Source: Auanema rhodensis
Lineage: Eukaryota > Animalia > Nematoda
DNA length: 64,000 bases
Direction: 5' to 3'
Assembly: GCA_964057225.1 (NCBI GenBank)
Contig: OZ059897.1
Coordinates: 21,824,001 to 21,888,000 of the forward strand
Shown here: positions 8,085-23,000 of the stretch, piece after piece
Numbering within the stretch: the first letter of the stretch is position 1
How the letters are laid out: the number at the start of each line of letters is the position of its first letter
The notes under the pieces: generated by a model
Seen by the model: the letters and a program-made list of their open reading frames with translations, nothing else
What the model was told of the DNA's origin: nothing
The model's database searches: none
Position numbers and translations under genes: made by a program

Positions 8085-10999
8085 CACGTGATGTGCACTT
8101 GGTATGTAACTTGCTTCACGTGAAAGATAAAGAGATGCGGTTTTCAAAATTAGATTCCCCATGTCCATATTAGTCTAAAAACAAATTTTTATTGATATTG
8201 GTGCATGGTAACCATGACTTTGAAATTTACGTCTACTTTAATTTATGCTAATTAAATGTACACGTGATGTGCACTTGGTATGTAACTCGCTTCACGTGAA
8301 AGATAAAGAGATGCGGTTTTCAAAATTAGATTCCCCATGTCCATATTAGTCTAAAAACAAATTTTTATTGATATTGGTGCATGGTAACCATGACTTTGAA
8401 ATTTACGTCTACTTTAATTTATGCTAATTAAATGTACACGTGATGTGCACTTGGTATGTAACTCGCTTCACGTGAAAGATAAAGAGATGCGGTTTTCAAA
8501 ATTAGATTCCCCATGTCCATATTAGTCTAAAAACAAATTTTTATTGATATTGGTGCATGGTAACCATGACTTTGAAATTTACGTGAACTTTAATTTATGC
8601 TAATTAAATGTACACGTGATGTGCACTTGGTATGTAATTCGCTTCACGTGAAAGATAAAGAGATGCGGTTTTTACAATTAGATTCCCCATGTCCATATTA
8701 GTCTAAAAACAAATTTTTATTGATATTGGTTCATGGTAACCATGACTTTGAAATTTACGTGAACTTAAATTTATGCTAATTAAATGTACACGTGATGTGC
8801 ACTTGGTATGTAACTTGCTTCACGTGAAAGATAAAGAGATGCGGCTTTCAAAATTAGATTCCCCATGTCCATATTAGTCTAAAAACAAATTTTTATTGAT
8901 ATTGGTGCATGGTAACCATGACTTTGAAATTTACGTGAACTTTAATTTATGCTAATTAAATGTACACGTGATGTGCACTTGGTATGTAACTCGCTTCACG
9001 TGAAAGATAAAGAGATGCGGTTTTCAAAATTAGATTCCCCATGTCCATATTAGTCTAAAAACAAATTTTTATTGATATTGGTGCATGGTAACCATGACTT
9101 TGAAATTTACGTGAACTTTAATTTATGCTAATTAAATGTACACGTGATGTGCACTTGGTATGTAACTCGCTTCACGTGAAAGATAAAGAGATGCGGTTTT
9201 CAAAATTAGATTTCCCATGTCCATATTAGTCTAAAAACAAATTTTTATTGATATTGGTTCATGGTAACCATGACTTTGAAATTTACGTGAACTTTAATTT
9301 ATGCTAATTAAATGTACACGTGATGTGCACTTGGTATGTAACTTGCTTCACGTGAAAGATAAAGAGATGCGGCTTTCAAAATTAGATTCCCCATGTCCAT
9401 ATTAGTCTAAAAACAAATTTTTATTGATATTGGTGCATGGTAACCATGACTTTGAAATTTACGTGAACTTTAATTTATGCTAATTAAATGTACACGTGAT
9501 GTGCACTTGGTATGTAACTCGCTTCACGTGAAAGATAAAGAGATGCGGTTTTCAAAATTAGATTCCCCATGTCCATATTAGTCTAAAAACAAATTTTTAT
9601 TGATATTGGTGCATGGTAACCATGACTTTGAAATTTACGTGAACTTTAATTTATGCTAATTAAATGTACACGTGATGTGCACTTGGTATGTAACTCGCTT
9701 CACGTGAAAGATAAAGAGATGCGGTTTTCAAAATTAGATTCCCCATGTCCATATTAGTCTAAAAACAAATTTTTATTGATATTGGTTCATGGTAACCATG
9801 ACTTTGAAATTTACGTGAACTTTAATTTATGCTAATTAAATGTACACGTGATGTGCACTCGGTATGTAACTCGCTTCACGTGAAAGATAAAGAGATGCGG
9901 TTTTCAAAATTAGATTCCCCATGTCCATATTAGTCTAAAAACAAATTTTTATTGATATTGGTGCATGGTAACCATGACTTTGAAATTTACGTGAACTTTA
10001 ATTTATGCTAATTAAATGTACACGTGATGTGCACTTGGTATGTAACTCGCTTCACGTGAAAGATAAAGAGATGCGGTTTTCAAAATTAGATTCCCCATGT
10101 CCATATTAGTCTAAAAACAAATTTTTATTGATATTGGTGCGTGGTAACCATGATTTTGAAATTTACGTGAACTTTAATTTATGCTAATTAAATATACACG
10201 TGATGTGCACTTGGTATGTAACTCGCTTCACGTGAAAGATAAAGAGATGCAGTTTTCAAAATTAGATTCCCCATGTCCATATTAGTCTAAAAACAAATTT
10301 TTATTGATATTGGTTCATGGTAACCATGACTTTGAAATTTACGTGAACTTAAATTTATGCTAATTAAATGTACACGTGATGTGCACTTGGTATGTAACTT
10401 GCTTCACGTGAAAGATAAAGAGATGCGGTTTTCAAAATTAGATTCCCCATGTCCATATTAGTCTAAAAACAAATTTTTATTGATATTGGTGCATGGTAAC
10501 CATGACTTTGAAATTTACGTGAACTTTAATTTATGCTAATTAAATGTACACGTGATGTGCACTTGGTATGTAACTCGCTTCACGTGAAAGATAAAGAGAT
10601 GCGGTTTTCAAAATTAGATTCCCCATGTCCATATTAGTCTAAAAACAAATTTTTATTGATATTGGTGCGTGGTAACCATGATTTTGAAATTTACGTGAAC
10701 TTTAATTTATGCTAATTAAATGTACACGTGATGTGCACTTGGTATGTAACTCGCTTCACGTGAAAGATAAAGAGATGCAGTTTTCAAAATTAGATTCCCC
10801 ATGTCCATATTAGTCTAAAAACAAATTTTTATTGATATTGGTTCATGGTAACCATGACTTTGAAATTTACGTGAACTTAAATTTATGCTAATTAAATGTA
10901 CACGTGATGTGCACTTGGTATGTAACTTGCTTCACGTGAAAGATAAAGAGATGCGGTTTTCAAAATTAGATTCCCCATGTCCATATTAGTCTAAAAACA

Positions 11000-13900
11000 A
11001 ATTTTTATTGATATTGGTGCATGGTAACCATGACTTTGAAATTTACGTGAACTTTAATTTATGCTAATTAAATGTACACGTGATGTGCACTTGGTATGTA
11101 ACTCGCTTCACGTGAAAGATAAAGAGATGCGGTTTTCAAAATTAGATTCCCCATGTCTATATTAGTCTAAAAACAAATTTTTATTGATATTGGTTCATGG
11201 TAACCATGACTTTGAAATTTACGTGAACTTTAATTTATGCTAATTAAATGTACACGTGATGTGCACTTGGTATGTAACTCGCTTCACGTGAAAGATAAAG
11301 AGATGCGGTTTTCAAAATTAGATTCCCCATGTCCATATTAGTCTAAAAACAAATTTTTATTGATATTGGTGCGTGGTAACCATGACTTTGAAATTTACGT
11401 GAACTTTAATTTATGCTAATTAAATGTACACGTGATGTGCACTTGGTATGTAACTCGCTTCACGTGAAAGAGAAAGAGATGCGGTTTTCAAAATTAGATT
11501 CCCCATGTCCATATTAGTCTAAAAACAAATTTTTATTGATATTGGTTCATGGTAACCATGACTTTGAAATTTACGTGAACTTTGATTTATGCTAATTAAA
11601 TGTACACGTGATGTGCACTTGGTATGTAACTCGCTTCACGTGAAAGAGAAAGAGATGCGGTTTTCAAAATTAGATTCCCCATGCCCATATTAGTCTAAAA
11701 ACAAATTTTTATTGATATTGGTGCATGGTAACCATGACTTTGAAATTTACGTGAACTTTAATTTATGCTAATTAAATGTACACGTGATGTGCACTTGGTA
11801 TGTAACTCGCTTCACGTGAAAGATAAAGAGATGCGGTTTTCAAAATTAGATTCCTCATGTCCATATTAGTCTAAAAACAAATTTTTATTGATATTGGTTC
11901 ATGGTAACCATGACTTTGAAGTTTACGTGAACTTTTATTTATGCTAATTAAATGTACACGTGATGTGCACTTGGTATGTAACTCGCTTCACGTGAAAGAT
12001 AAAGAGATGCGGTTTTCAAAATTAGATTCCCCATCTCCATATTAGTCTAAAAACAAATTTTTATTGATATTGGTGCATGGTAACCATGACTTTGAAATTT
12101 ACGTGAACTTTAATTTATGCTAATTAAATGTACACGTGATGTGCACTTGGTATGTAACTCGCTTCACGTGAAAGATAAAGAGATGCGGTTTTCAAAATTA
12201 GATTCCCCATGTCCATATTAGTCTAAAAACAAATTTTTATTGATATTGGTGCGTGGTAACCATGACTTTGAAATTTACGTGAACTTTAATTTATGCTAAT
12301 TAAATGTACACGTGATGTGCACTTGGTATGTAACTCGCTTCACGTGAAAGATAAAGAGATGCGGTTTTCAAAATTAGATTCCCCATGTCCATATTAGTCT
12401 AAAAACAAATTTTTATTGATATTGGTTCATGGTAACCATGACTTTGAAATTTACGTGAACTTAAATTTATGCTAATTAAATGTACACGTGATGTGCACTT
12501 GGTATGTAACTTGCTTCACGTGAAAGATAAAGAGATGCGGTTTTCAAAATTAGATTCCCCATGTCCATATTAGTCTAAAAACAAATTTATATTGATATTG
12601 GTGCATGGTAACCATGACTTTGAAATTTACGTGAACTTTAATTTATGCTAATTAAATGTACACGTGATGTGCACTTGGTATGTAACTCGCTTCACGTGAA
12701 AGATAAAGAGATGCGGTTTTCAAAATTAGATTCCCCATGTCCATATTAGTCTAAAAACAAATTTTTATTGATATTGGTGCATGGTAACCATGACTTTGAA
12801 ATTTACGTGAACTTTAATTTATGCTAATTAAATGTACACGTGATGTGCACTTGGTATGTAACTCGCTTCACGTAAAAGATAAAGAGATGCGGTTTTCAAA
12901 ATTAGATTCCCCATGTCTATATTAGTCTAAAAACAAATTTTTATTGATATTGGTTCATGGTAACCATGACTTTGAAATTTACGTGAACTTTAATTTATGC
13001 TAATTAAATGTACACGTGATGTGCACTTGGTATGTAACTCGCTTCACGTGAAAGATAAAGAGATGCGGTTTTCAAAATTAGATTCCCCATGTCCATATTA
13101 GTCTAAAAACAAATTTTTATTGATATTGGTGCGTGGTAACCATGACTTTGAAATTTACGTGAACTTTAATTTATGCTAATTAAATGTACACGTGATGTGC
13201 ACTTGGTATGTAACTCGCTTCACGTGAAAGAGAAAGAGATGCGGTTTTCAAAATTAGATTCCCCATGTCCATATTAGTCTAAAAACAAATTTTTATTGAT
13301 ATTGGTTCATGGTAACCATGACTTTGAAATTTACGTGAACTTTGATTTATGCTAATTAAATGTACACGTGATGTGCACTTGGTATGTAACTCGCTTCACG
13401 TGAAAGAGAAAGAGATGCGGTTTTCAAAATTAGATTCCCCATGCCCATATTAGTCTAAAAACAAATTTTTATTGATATTGGTGCATGGTAACCATGACTT
13501 TGAAATTTACGTGAACTTTAATTTATGCTAATTAAATGTACACGTGATGTGCACTTGGTATGTAACTCGCTTCACGTGAAAGATAAAGAGATGCGGTTTT
13601 CAAAATTAGATTCCTCATGTCCATATTAGTCTAAAAACAAATTTTTATTGATATTGGTTCATGGTAACCATGACTTTGAAGTTTACGTGAACTTTTATTT
13701 ATGCTAATTAAATGTACACGTGATGTGCACTTGGTATGTAACTCGCTTCACGTGAAAGATAAAGAGATGCGGTTTTCAAAATTAGATTCCCCATCTCCAT
13801 ATTAGTCTAAAAACAAATTTTTATTGATATTGGTGCATGGTAACCATGACTTTGAAATTTACGTGAACTTTAATTTATGCTAATTAAATGTACACGTGAT

Positions 13901-14700
13901 GTGCACTTGGTATGTAACTCGCTTCACGTGAAAGATAAAGAGATGCGGTTTTCAAAATTAGATTCCCCATGTCCATATTAGTCTAAAAACAAATTTTTAT
14001 TGATATTGGTGCGTGGTAACCATGACTTTGAAATTTACGTGAACTTTAATTTATGCTAATTAAATGTACACGTGATGTGCACTTGGTATGTAACTCGCTT
14101 CACGTGAAAGATAAAGAGATGCGGTTTCCAAAATTAGATTCCCCATGTCCATATTAGTCTAAAAACAAATTTTTATTGATATTGGTTCATGGTAACCATG
14201 ACTTTGAAATTTACGTGAACTTAAATTTATGCTAATTAAATGTACACGTGATGTGCACTTGGTATGTAACTTGCTTCACGTGAAAGATAAAGAGATGCGG
14301 TTTTCAAAATTAGATTCCCCATGTCCATATTAGTCTAAAAACAAATTTATATTGATATTGGTGCATGGTAACCATGACTTTGAAATTTACGTGAACTTTA
14401 ATTTATGCTAATTAAATGTACACGTGATGTGCACTTGGTATGTAACTCGCTTCACGTGAAAGATAAAGAGATGCGGTTTTCAAAATTAGATTCCCCATGT
14501 CCATATTAGTCTAAAAACAAATTTTTATTGATATTGGTGCATGGTAACCATGACTTTGAAATTTACGTGAATTTTAATTTATGCTAATTAAATGTACACG
14601 TGATGTGCACTTGGTATGTAACTCGCTTCACGTGAAAGATAAAGAGATGCGGTTTTCAAAATTAGATTCCCCATGTCTATATTAGTCTAAAAACAAATTT
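11000..14700. repeat. 10-monomer (1760-bp) higher-order repeat, about 2 copies
   Basis: Diagnostic variants recur at +1760: CCATGTCTAT at 11151/12911/14671, ATGCCCATAT at 11681/13441, ACAAATTTAT at 12581/14341. Boundaries approximate. Confidence 0.85.
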
Positions 14701-17049
14701 TTATTGATATTGGTTCATGGTAACCATGACTTTGAAATTTACGTGAACTTTAATTTATGCTAATTAAATGTACACGTGATGTGCACTTGGTATGTAACTC
14801 GCTTCACGTGAAAGATAAAGAGATGCGGTTTTCAAAATTAGATTCCCCATGTCCATATTAGTCTAAAAACAAATTTTTATTGATATTGGTGCATGGTAAC
14901 CATGACTTTGAAATTTACGTGAACTTTAATTTATGCTAATTAAATGTACACGTGATGTGCACTTGGTATGTAACTCGCTTCACGTGAAAGATAAAGAGAT
15001 GCGGTTTTCAAAATTAGATTCCCCATGTCCATATTAGTCTAAAAACAAATTTTTATTGATATTGGTGCATGGTAACCATGACTTTGAAATTTACGTGAAC
15101 TTTAATTTATGCTAATTAAATGTACACGTGATGTGCACTTGGTATGTAACTCGCTTCACGTGAAAGATAAAGAGATGCGGTTTTCAAAATTAGATTCCCC
15201 ATGTCCATATTAGTCTAAAAACAAATTTTTATTGATATTGGTTCATGGTAACCATGACTTTGAAATTTACGTGAACTTTAATTTATGCTAATTAAATGTA
15301 CACGTGATGTGCACTTGGTATGTAACTCGCTTCACGTGAAAGATAAAGAGATGCGGTTTTCAAAATTAGATTCCCCATGTCCATATTAGTCTAAAAACAA
15401 ATTTTTATTGATATTGGTGCATGGTAACCATGACTTTGAAATTTACGTGAACTTTAATTTATGCTAATTAAATGTACACGTGATGTGCACTTGGTATGTA
15501 ACTCGCTTCACGTGAAAGATAAAGAGATGCGGTTTTCAAAATTAGATTCCCCATGTCCATATTAGTCTAAAAACAAATTTTTATTGATATTGGTTCATGG
15601 TAACCATGACTTTGAAATTTACGTGAACTTTAATTTATGCTAATTAAATGTACACGTGATGTGCACTTGGTATGTAACTCGCTTCACGTGAAAGATAAAG
15701 AGATGCGGTTTTCAAAATTAGATTCCCCATGTCCATATTAGTCTAACAACAAATTTTTATTGATATTGGTGCATGGTAACCATGACTTTGAAATTTACGT
15801 GAACTTTAATTTATGCTAATTAAATGTACACGTGATGTGCACTTGGTATGTAACTCGCTTCACGTGGAAGATAAAGAGATGCGGTTTTCAAAATTAGATT
15901 CCCCATGTCCATATTAGTCTAAAAACAAATTTTTATTGATATTGGTTCATGGTAACCATGACTTTGAAATTTACGTGAATTTTAATTTATGCTAATTAAA
16001 TGTACACGTGATGTGCACTTGGTATGTAACTCGCTTCACGTGGAAGATAAAGAGATGCGGTTTTCAAAATTAGATTCCCCATGTCCATATTAGTCTAAAA
16101 ACAAATTTTTATTGATATTGGTTCATGGTAACCATGACTTTGAAATTTACGTGAACTTTAATTTATGCTAATTAAATGTACACGTGATGTGCACTTGGTA
16201 TGTAACTCGCTTCACGTGAAAGATAAAGAGATGCGGTTTTCAAAATTAGATTCCCCATGTCCATATTAGTCTAAAAACAAATTTTTATTGATATTGGTGC
16301 ATGGTAACCATGACTTTGAAATTTACGTGTACTTTAATTTATGCTAATTAAATGTACACGTGATGTGCACTTGGTATGTAACTCGCTTCACGTGAAAGAT
16401 AAAGAGATGCGGTTTTCAAAATTAGATTCCCCAAGACCATATTAGTCTAAAAACAAATTTTTATTGATATTGGTTCATGGTAACCATGACTTTGAAATTT
16501 ACGTGAACTTTAATTTATGCTAATTAAATGTACACGTGATGTGCACTTGGTATGTAACTCGCTTCACGTGAAAGATAAAGAGATGCGGTTTTCAAAATTA
16601 GATTCCCCATGTCCATATTAGTCTAAAAACAAATTTTTATTGATATTGGTTCATGGTAACCATGACTTTGAAATTTACGTGAACTTTGATTTATGCTAAT
16701 TAAATGTACACGTGATGTGCACTTGGTATGTAACTCGCTTCACGTGAAAGAGAAAGAGATGCGGTTTTCAAAATTAGATTCCCCATGCCCATATTAGTCT
16801 AAAAACAAATTTTTATTGATATTGGTGCATGGTAACCATGACTTTGAAATTTACGTGAACTTTAATTTATGCTAATTAAATGTACACGTGATGTGCACTT
16901 GGTATGTAACTCGCTTCACGTGAAAGATAAAGAGATGCGGTTTTCAAAATTAGATTCCTCATGTCCATATTAGTCTAAAAACAAATTTTTATTGATATTG
17001 GTTCATGGTAACCATGACTTTGAAGTTTACGTGAACTTTTATTTATGCT

Positions 17050-20000
17050 AATTAAATGTACACGTGATGTGCACTTGGTATGTAACTCGCTTCACGTGAA
17101 AGATAAAGAGATGCGGTTTTCAAAATTAGATTCCCCATCTCCATATTAGTCTAAAAACAAATTTTTATTGATATTGGTGCATGGTAACCATGACTTTGAA
17201 ATTTACGTGAACTTTAATTTATGCTAATTAAATGTACACGTGATGTGCACTTGGTATGTAACTCGCTTCATGTGAAAGATAAAGAGATGCGGTTATCAAA
17301 ATTAGATTCCCCATGTCCATATTAGTCTGAAAACAAATTTTTATTGATATTGGTTCATGGTAACCATGACTTTGAAATTTACGTGAACTTTAATTTATGC
17401 TAATTAAATGTACACGTGATGTGCACTTGGTATGTAACTCGCTTCACGTGGAAGATAAAGAGATGCGGTTTTCAAAATTAGATTCCCCATGTCCATATTA
17501 GTCTAAAAACAAATTTTTATTGATATTGGTTCATGGTAACCATGACTTTGAAGTTTACGTGAACTTTTATTTATGCTAATTAAATGTACACGTGATGTGC
17601 ACTTGGTATGTAACTCGCTTCACGTGAAAGATAAAGAGATGCGGTTTTCAAAATTAGATTCCCCATCTCCATATTAGTCTAAAAACAAATTTTTATTGAT
17701 ATTGGTGCATGGTAACCATGACTTTGAAATTTACGTGAACTTTAATTTATGCTAATTAAATGTACACGTGATGTGCACTTGGTATGTAACTCGCTTCATG
17801 TGAAAGATAAAGAGATGCGGTTATCAAAATTAGATTCCCCATGTCCATATTAGTCTGAAAACAAATTTTTATTGATATTGGTTCATGGTAACCATGACTT
17901 TGAAATTTACGTGAACTTTAATTTATGCTAATTAAATGTACACGTGATGTGCACTTGGTATGTAATTCGCTTCACGTGGAAGATAAAGAGATGCGGTTTT
18001 CAAAATTGGATTCCCCATGTCCATATTAGTCTAAAAACAAATTTTTATTGATATTGGTTCATGGTAACCATGACTTTGAAATTTACGTGAATTTTAATTT
18101 ATGCTAATTAAATGTACACGTGATGTGCACTTGGTATGTAACTCGCTTCACGTGGAAGATAAAGAGATGCGGTTTTCAAAATTAGATTCCCCATGTCCAT
18201 ATTAGTCTAAAAACAAATTTTTATTGATATTGGTTCATGGTAACCATGACTTTGAAATTTACGTGAACTTTAATTTATGCTAATTAAATGTACACGTGAT
18301 GTGCACTTGGTATGTAACTCGCTTCACGTGGAAGATAAAGAGATGCGGTTTTCAAAATTAGATTCCCCATGTCCATATTAGTCTAAAAACAAATTTTTAT
18401 TGATATTGGTGCATGGTAACCATGACTTTGAAATTTACGTGTACTTTAATTTATGCTAATTAAATGTACACGTGATGTGCACTTGGTATGTAACTCGCTT
18501 CACGTGAAAGATAAAGAGATGCGGTTTTCAAAATTAGATTCCCCATGTCCATATTAGTCTAAAAACAAATTTTTATTGATATTGGTTCATGGTAACCATG
18601 ACTTTGAAATTTACGTGAACTTTGATTTATGCTAATTAAATGTACACGTGATGTGCACTTGGTATGTAACTCGCTTCACGTGAAAGAGAAAGAGATGCGG
18701 TTTTCAAAATTAGATTCCCCATGTCCATATTAGTCTAAAAACAAATTTTTATTGATATTGGTGCATGGTAACCATGACTTTGAAATTTACGTGAACTTTA
18801 ATTTATGCTAATTAAATGTACACGTGATGTGCACTTGGTATGTAACTCGCTTCACGTGAAAGATAAAGAGATGCGGTTTTCAAAATTAGATTCCTCATGT
18901 CCATATTAGTCTAAAAACAAATTTTTATTGATATTGGTTCATGGTAACCATGACTTTGAAGTTTACGTGAACTTTTATTTATGCTAATTAAATGTACACG
19001 TGATGTGCACTTGGTATGTAACTCGCTTCACGTGAAAGATAAAGAGATGCGGTTTTCAAAATTAGATTCCCCATCTCCATATTAGTCTAAAAACAAATTT
19101 TTATTGATATTGGTGCATGGTAACCATGACTTTGAAATTTACGTGAACTTTAATTTATGCTAATTAAATGTACACGTGATGTGCACTTGGTATGTAACTC
19201 GCTTCATGTGAAAGATAAAGAGATGCGGTTATCAAAATTAGATTCCCCATGTCCATATTAGTCTGAAAACAAATTTTCATTGATATTGGTTCATGGTAAC
19301 CATGACTTTGAAATTTACGTGAACTTTAATTTATGCTAATTAAATGTACACGTGATGTGCACTTGGTATGTAACTCGCTTCACGTGAAAGATAAAGAGAT
19401 GCGGTTTTCAAAATTAGATTCCCCATGTCCATATTAGTCTAAAAACAAATTTTTATTGATATTGGTGCATGGTAACCATGACTTTGAAATTTACGTGAAC
19501 TTTAATTTATGCTAATTAAATGTACACGTGATGTGCACTTGGTATGTAACTCGCTTCACGTGAAAGATAAAGAGATGCGGTTTTCAAAATTAGATTCCCC
19601 ATGTCCATATTAGTCTAAAAACAAATTTTTATTGATATTGGTGCATGGTAACCATGACTTTGAAATTTACGTGAACTTTAATTTATGCTAATTAAATGTA
19701 CACGTGATGTGCACTTGGTATGTAACTCGCTTCACGTAAAAGATAAAGAGATGCGGTTTTCAAAATTAGATTCCCCATGTCCATATTAGTCTAAAAACAA
19801 ATTTTTATTGATATTGGTTCATGGTAACCATGACTTTGAAATTTACGTGAACTTTAATTTATGCTAATTAAATGTACACGTGATGTGCACTTGGTATGTA
19901 ACTCGCTTCACGTGAAAGATAAAGAGATGCGGTTTTCAAAATTAGATTCCCCATGTCCATATTAGTCTAAAAACAAATTTTTATTGATATTGGTGCATGG

Positions 20001-23000
20001 TAACCATGACTTTGAAATTTACGTGAACTTTAATTTATGCTAATTAAATGTACACGTGATGTGCACTTGGTATGTAACTCGCTTCACGTGAAAGATAAAG
20101 AGATGCGGTTTTCACAATTAGATTCCCCATCTCCATATTAGTCTAAAAACAAATTTTTATTGATATTGGTGCATGGTAACCATGACTTTGAAATTTACGT
20201 GAACTTTAATTTATGCTAATTAAATGTACACGTGATGTGCACTTTGTATGTAACTCGCTTCACGTGAAAGATAAAGAGATGCGGTTTTCAAAATTAGATT
20301 CCCCATGTCCATATTAGTCTAAAAACAAATTTTTATTGATATTGGTTCATGGTAACCATGACTTTGAAATTTACGTGAACTTTAATTTATGCTAATTAAA
20401 TGTACACGTGATGTGCACTTGGTATGTAACTCGCTTCACGTGAAAGATAAAGAGATGCGGTTTTCAAAATTAGATTCCCCATGTCCATATTAGTCTAAAA
20501 ACAAATTTTTATTGATATTGGTTCATGGTAACCATGACTTTGAAATTTACGTGAACTTTGATTTATGCTAATTAAATGTACACGTGATGTGCACTTGGTA
20601 TGTAACTCGTTTCACGTGAAAGATAAAGAGATGCGGTTTTCAAAATTAGATTCCCCATGTCCATATTAGTCTAAAAACAAATTTTTATTGATATTGGTGC
20701 ATGGTAACCATGACTTTGAAATTTACGTGTACTTTAATTTATGCTAATTAAATGTACACGTGATGTGCACTTGGTATGTAACTCGCTTCACGTGAAAGAT
20801 AAAGAGATGCGGTTTTCAAAATTAGATTCCCCAAGTCCATATTAGTCTAAAAACAAATTTTTATTGATATTGGTTCATGGTAACCATGACTTTGAAATTT
20901 ACGTGAACTTTAATTTATGCTAATTAAATGTACACGTGATGTGCACTTGGTATGTAACTCGCTTCACGTGAAAGATAAAGAGATGCGGTTTTCAAAATTA
21001 GATTCCCCATGTCCATATTAGTCTAAAAACAAATTTTTATTGATATTGGTTCATGGTAACCATGACTTTGAAATTTACGTGAACTTTGATTTATGCTAAT
21101 TAAATGTACACGTGATGTGCACTTGGTATGTAACTCGCTTCACGTGAAAGAGAAAGAGATGCGGTTTTCAAAATTAGATTCCCCATGTCCATATTAGTCT
21201 AAAAACAAATTTTTATTGATATTGGTGCATGGTAACCATGACTTTGAAATTTACGTGAACTTTAATTTATGCTAATTAAATGTACACGTGATGTGCACTT
21301 GGTATGTAACTCGCTTCACGTGAAAGATAAAGAGATGCGGTTTTCAAAATTAGATTCCTCATGTCCATATTAGTCTAAAAACAAATTTTTATTGATATTG
21401 GTTCATGGTAACCATGACTTTGAAGTTTACGTGAACTTTTATTTATGCTAATTAAATGTACACGTGATGTGCACTTGGTATGTAACTCGCTTCACGTGAA
21501 AGATAAAGAGATGCGGTTTTCAAAATTAGATTCCCCATCTCCATATTAGTCTAAAAACAAATTTTTATTGATATTGGTGCATGGTAACCATGACTTTGAA
21601 ATTTACGTGAACTTTAATTTATGCTAATTAAATGTACACGTGATGTGCACTTGGTATGTAACTCGCTTCATGTGAAAGATAAAGAGATGCGGTTATCAAA
21701 ATTAGATTCCCCATGTCCATATTAGTCTGAAAACAAATTTTTATTGATATTGGTTCATGGTAACCATGACTTTGAAATTTACGTGAACTTTAATTTATGC
21801 TAATTAAATGTACACGTGATGTGCACTTGGTATGTAACTCGCTTCACGTGGAAGATAAAGAGATGCGGTTTTCAAAATTAGATTCCCCATGTCCATATTA
21901 GTCTAAAAACAAATTTTTATTGATATTGGTTCATGGTAACCATGACTTTGAAGTTTACGTGAACTTTTATTTATGCTAATTAAATGTACACGTGATGTGC
22001 ACTTGGTATGTAACTCGCTTCACGTGAAAGATAAAGAGATGCGGTTTTCAAAATTAGATTCCCCATCTCCATATTAGTCTAAAAACAAATTTTTATTGAT
22101 ATTGGTGCATGGTAACCATGACTTTGAAATTTACGTGAACTTTAATTTATGCTAATTAAATGTACACGTGATGTGCACTTGGTATGTAACTCGCTTCATG
22201 TGAAAGATAAAGAGATGCGGTTATCAAAATTAGATTCCCCATGTCCATATTAGTCTGAAAACAAATTTTTATTGATATTGGTTCATGGTAACCATGACTT
22301 TGAAATTTACGTGAACTTTAATTTATGCTAATTAAATGTACACGTGATGTGCACTTGGTATGTAATTCGCTTCACGTGGAAGATAAAGAGATGCGGTTTT
22401 CAAAATTAGATTCCCCATGTCCATATTAGTCTAAAAACAAATTTTTATTGATATTGGTTCATGGTAACCATGACTTTGAAATTTACGTGAATTTTAATTT
22501 ATGCTAATTAAATGTACACGTGATGTGCACTTGGTATGTAACTCGCTTCACGTGGAAGATAAAGAGATGCGGTTTTCAAAATTAGATTCCCCATGTCCAT
22601 ATTAGTCTAAAAACAAATTTTTATTGATATTGGTTCATGGTAACCATGACTTTTAAATTTACGTGAACTTTAATTTATGCTAATTAAATGTACACGTGAT
22701 GTGCACTTGGTATGTAACTCGCTTCACGTGGAAGATAAAGAGATGCGGTTTTCAAAATTAGATTCCCCATGTCCATATTAGTCTAAAAACAAATTTTTAT
22801 TGATATTGGTTCATGGTAACCATGACTTTGAAATTTACGTGAACTTTAATTTATGCTAATTAAATGTACACGTGATGTGCACTTGGTATGTAACTCGCTT
22901 CACGTGAAAGATAAAGAGATGCGGTTTTCAAAATTAGATTCCCCATGTCCATATTAGTCTAAAAACAAATTTTTATTGATATTGGTGCATGGTAACCATG

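Noticed and set aside
7902-8168. N-terminal 89 aa of the 440-aa ORF as a real transmembrane extension of ORF1
   Set aside because: It starts in satellite DNA, and the Phe/Leu-rich stretch is simply the translation of a T-rich UTR. ATG 7901 is the more plausible start.
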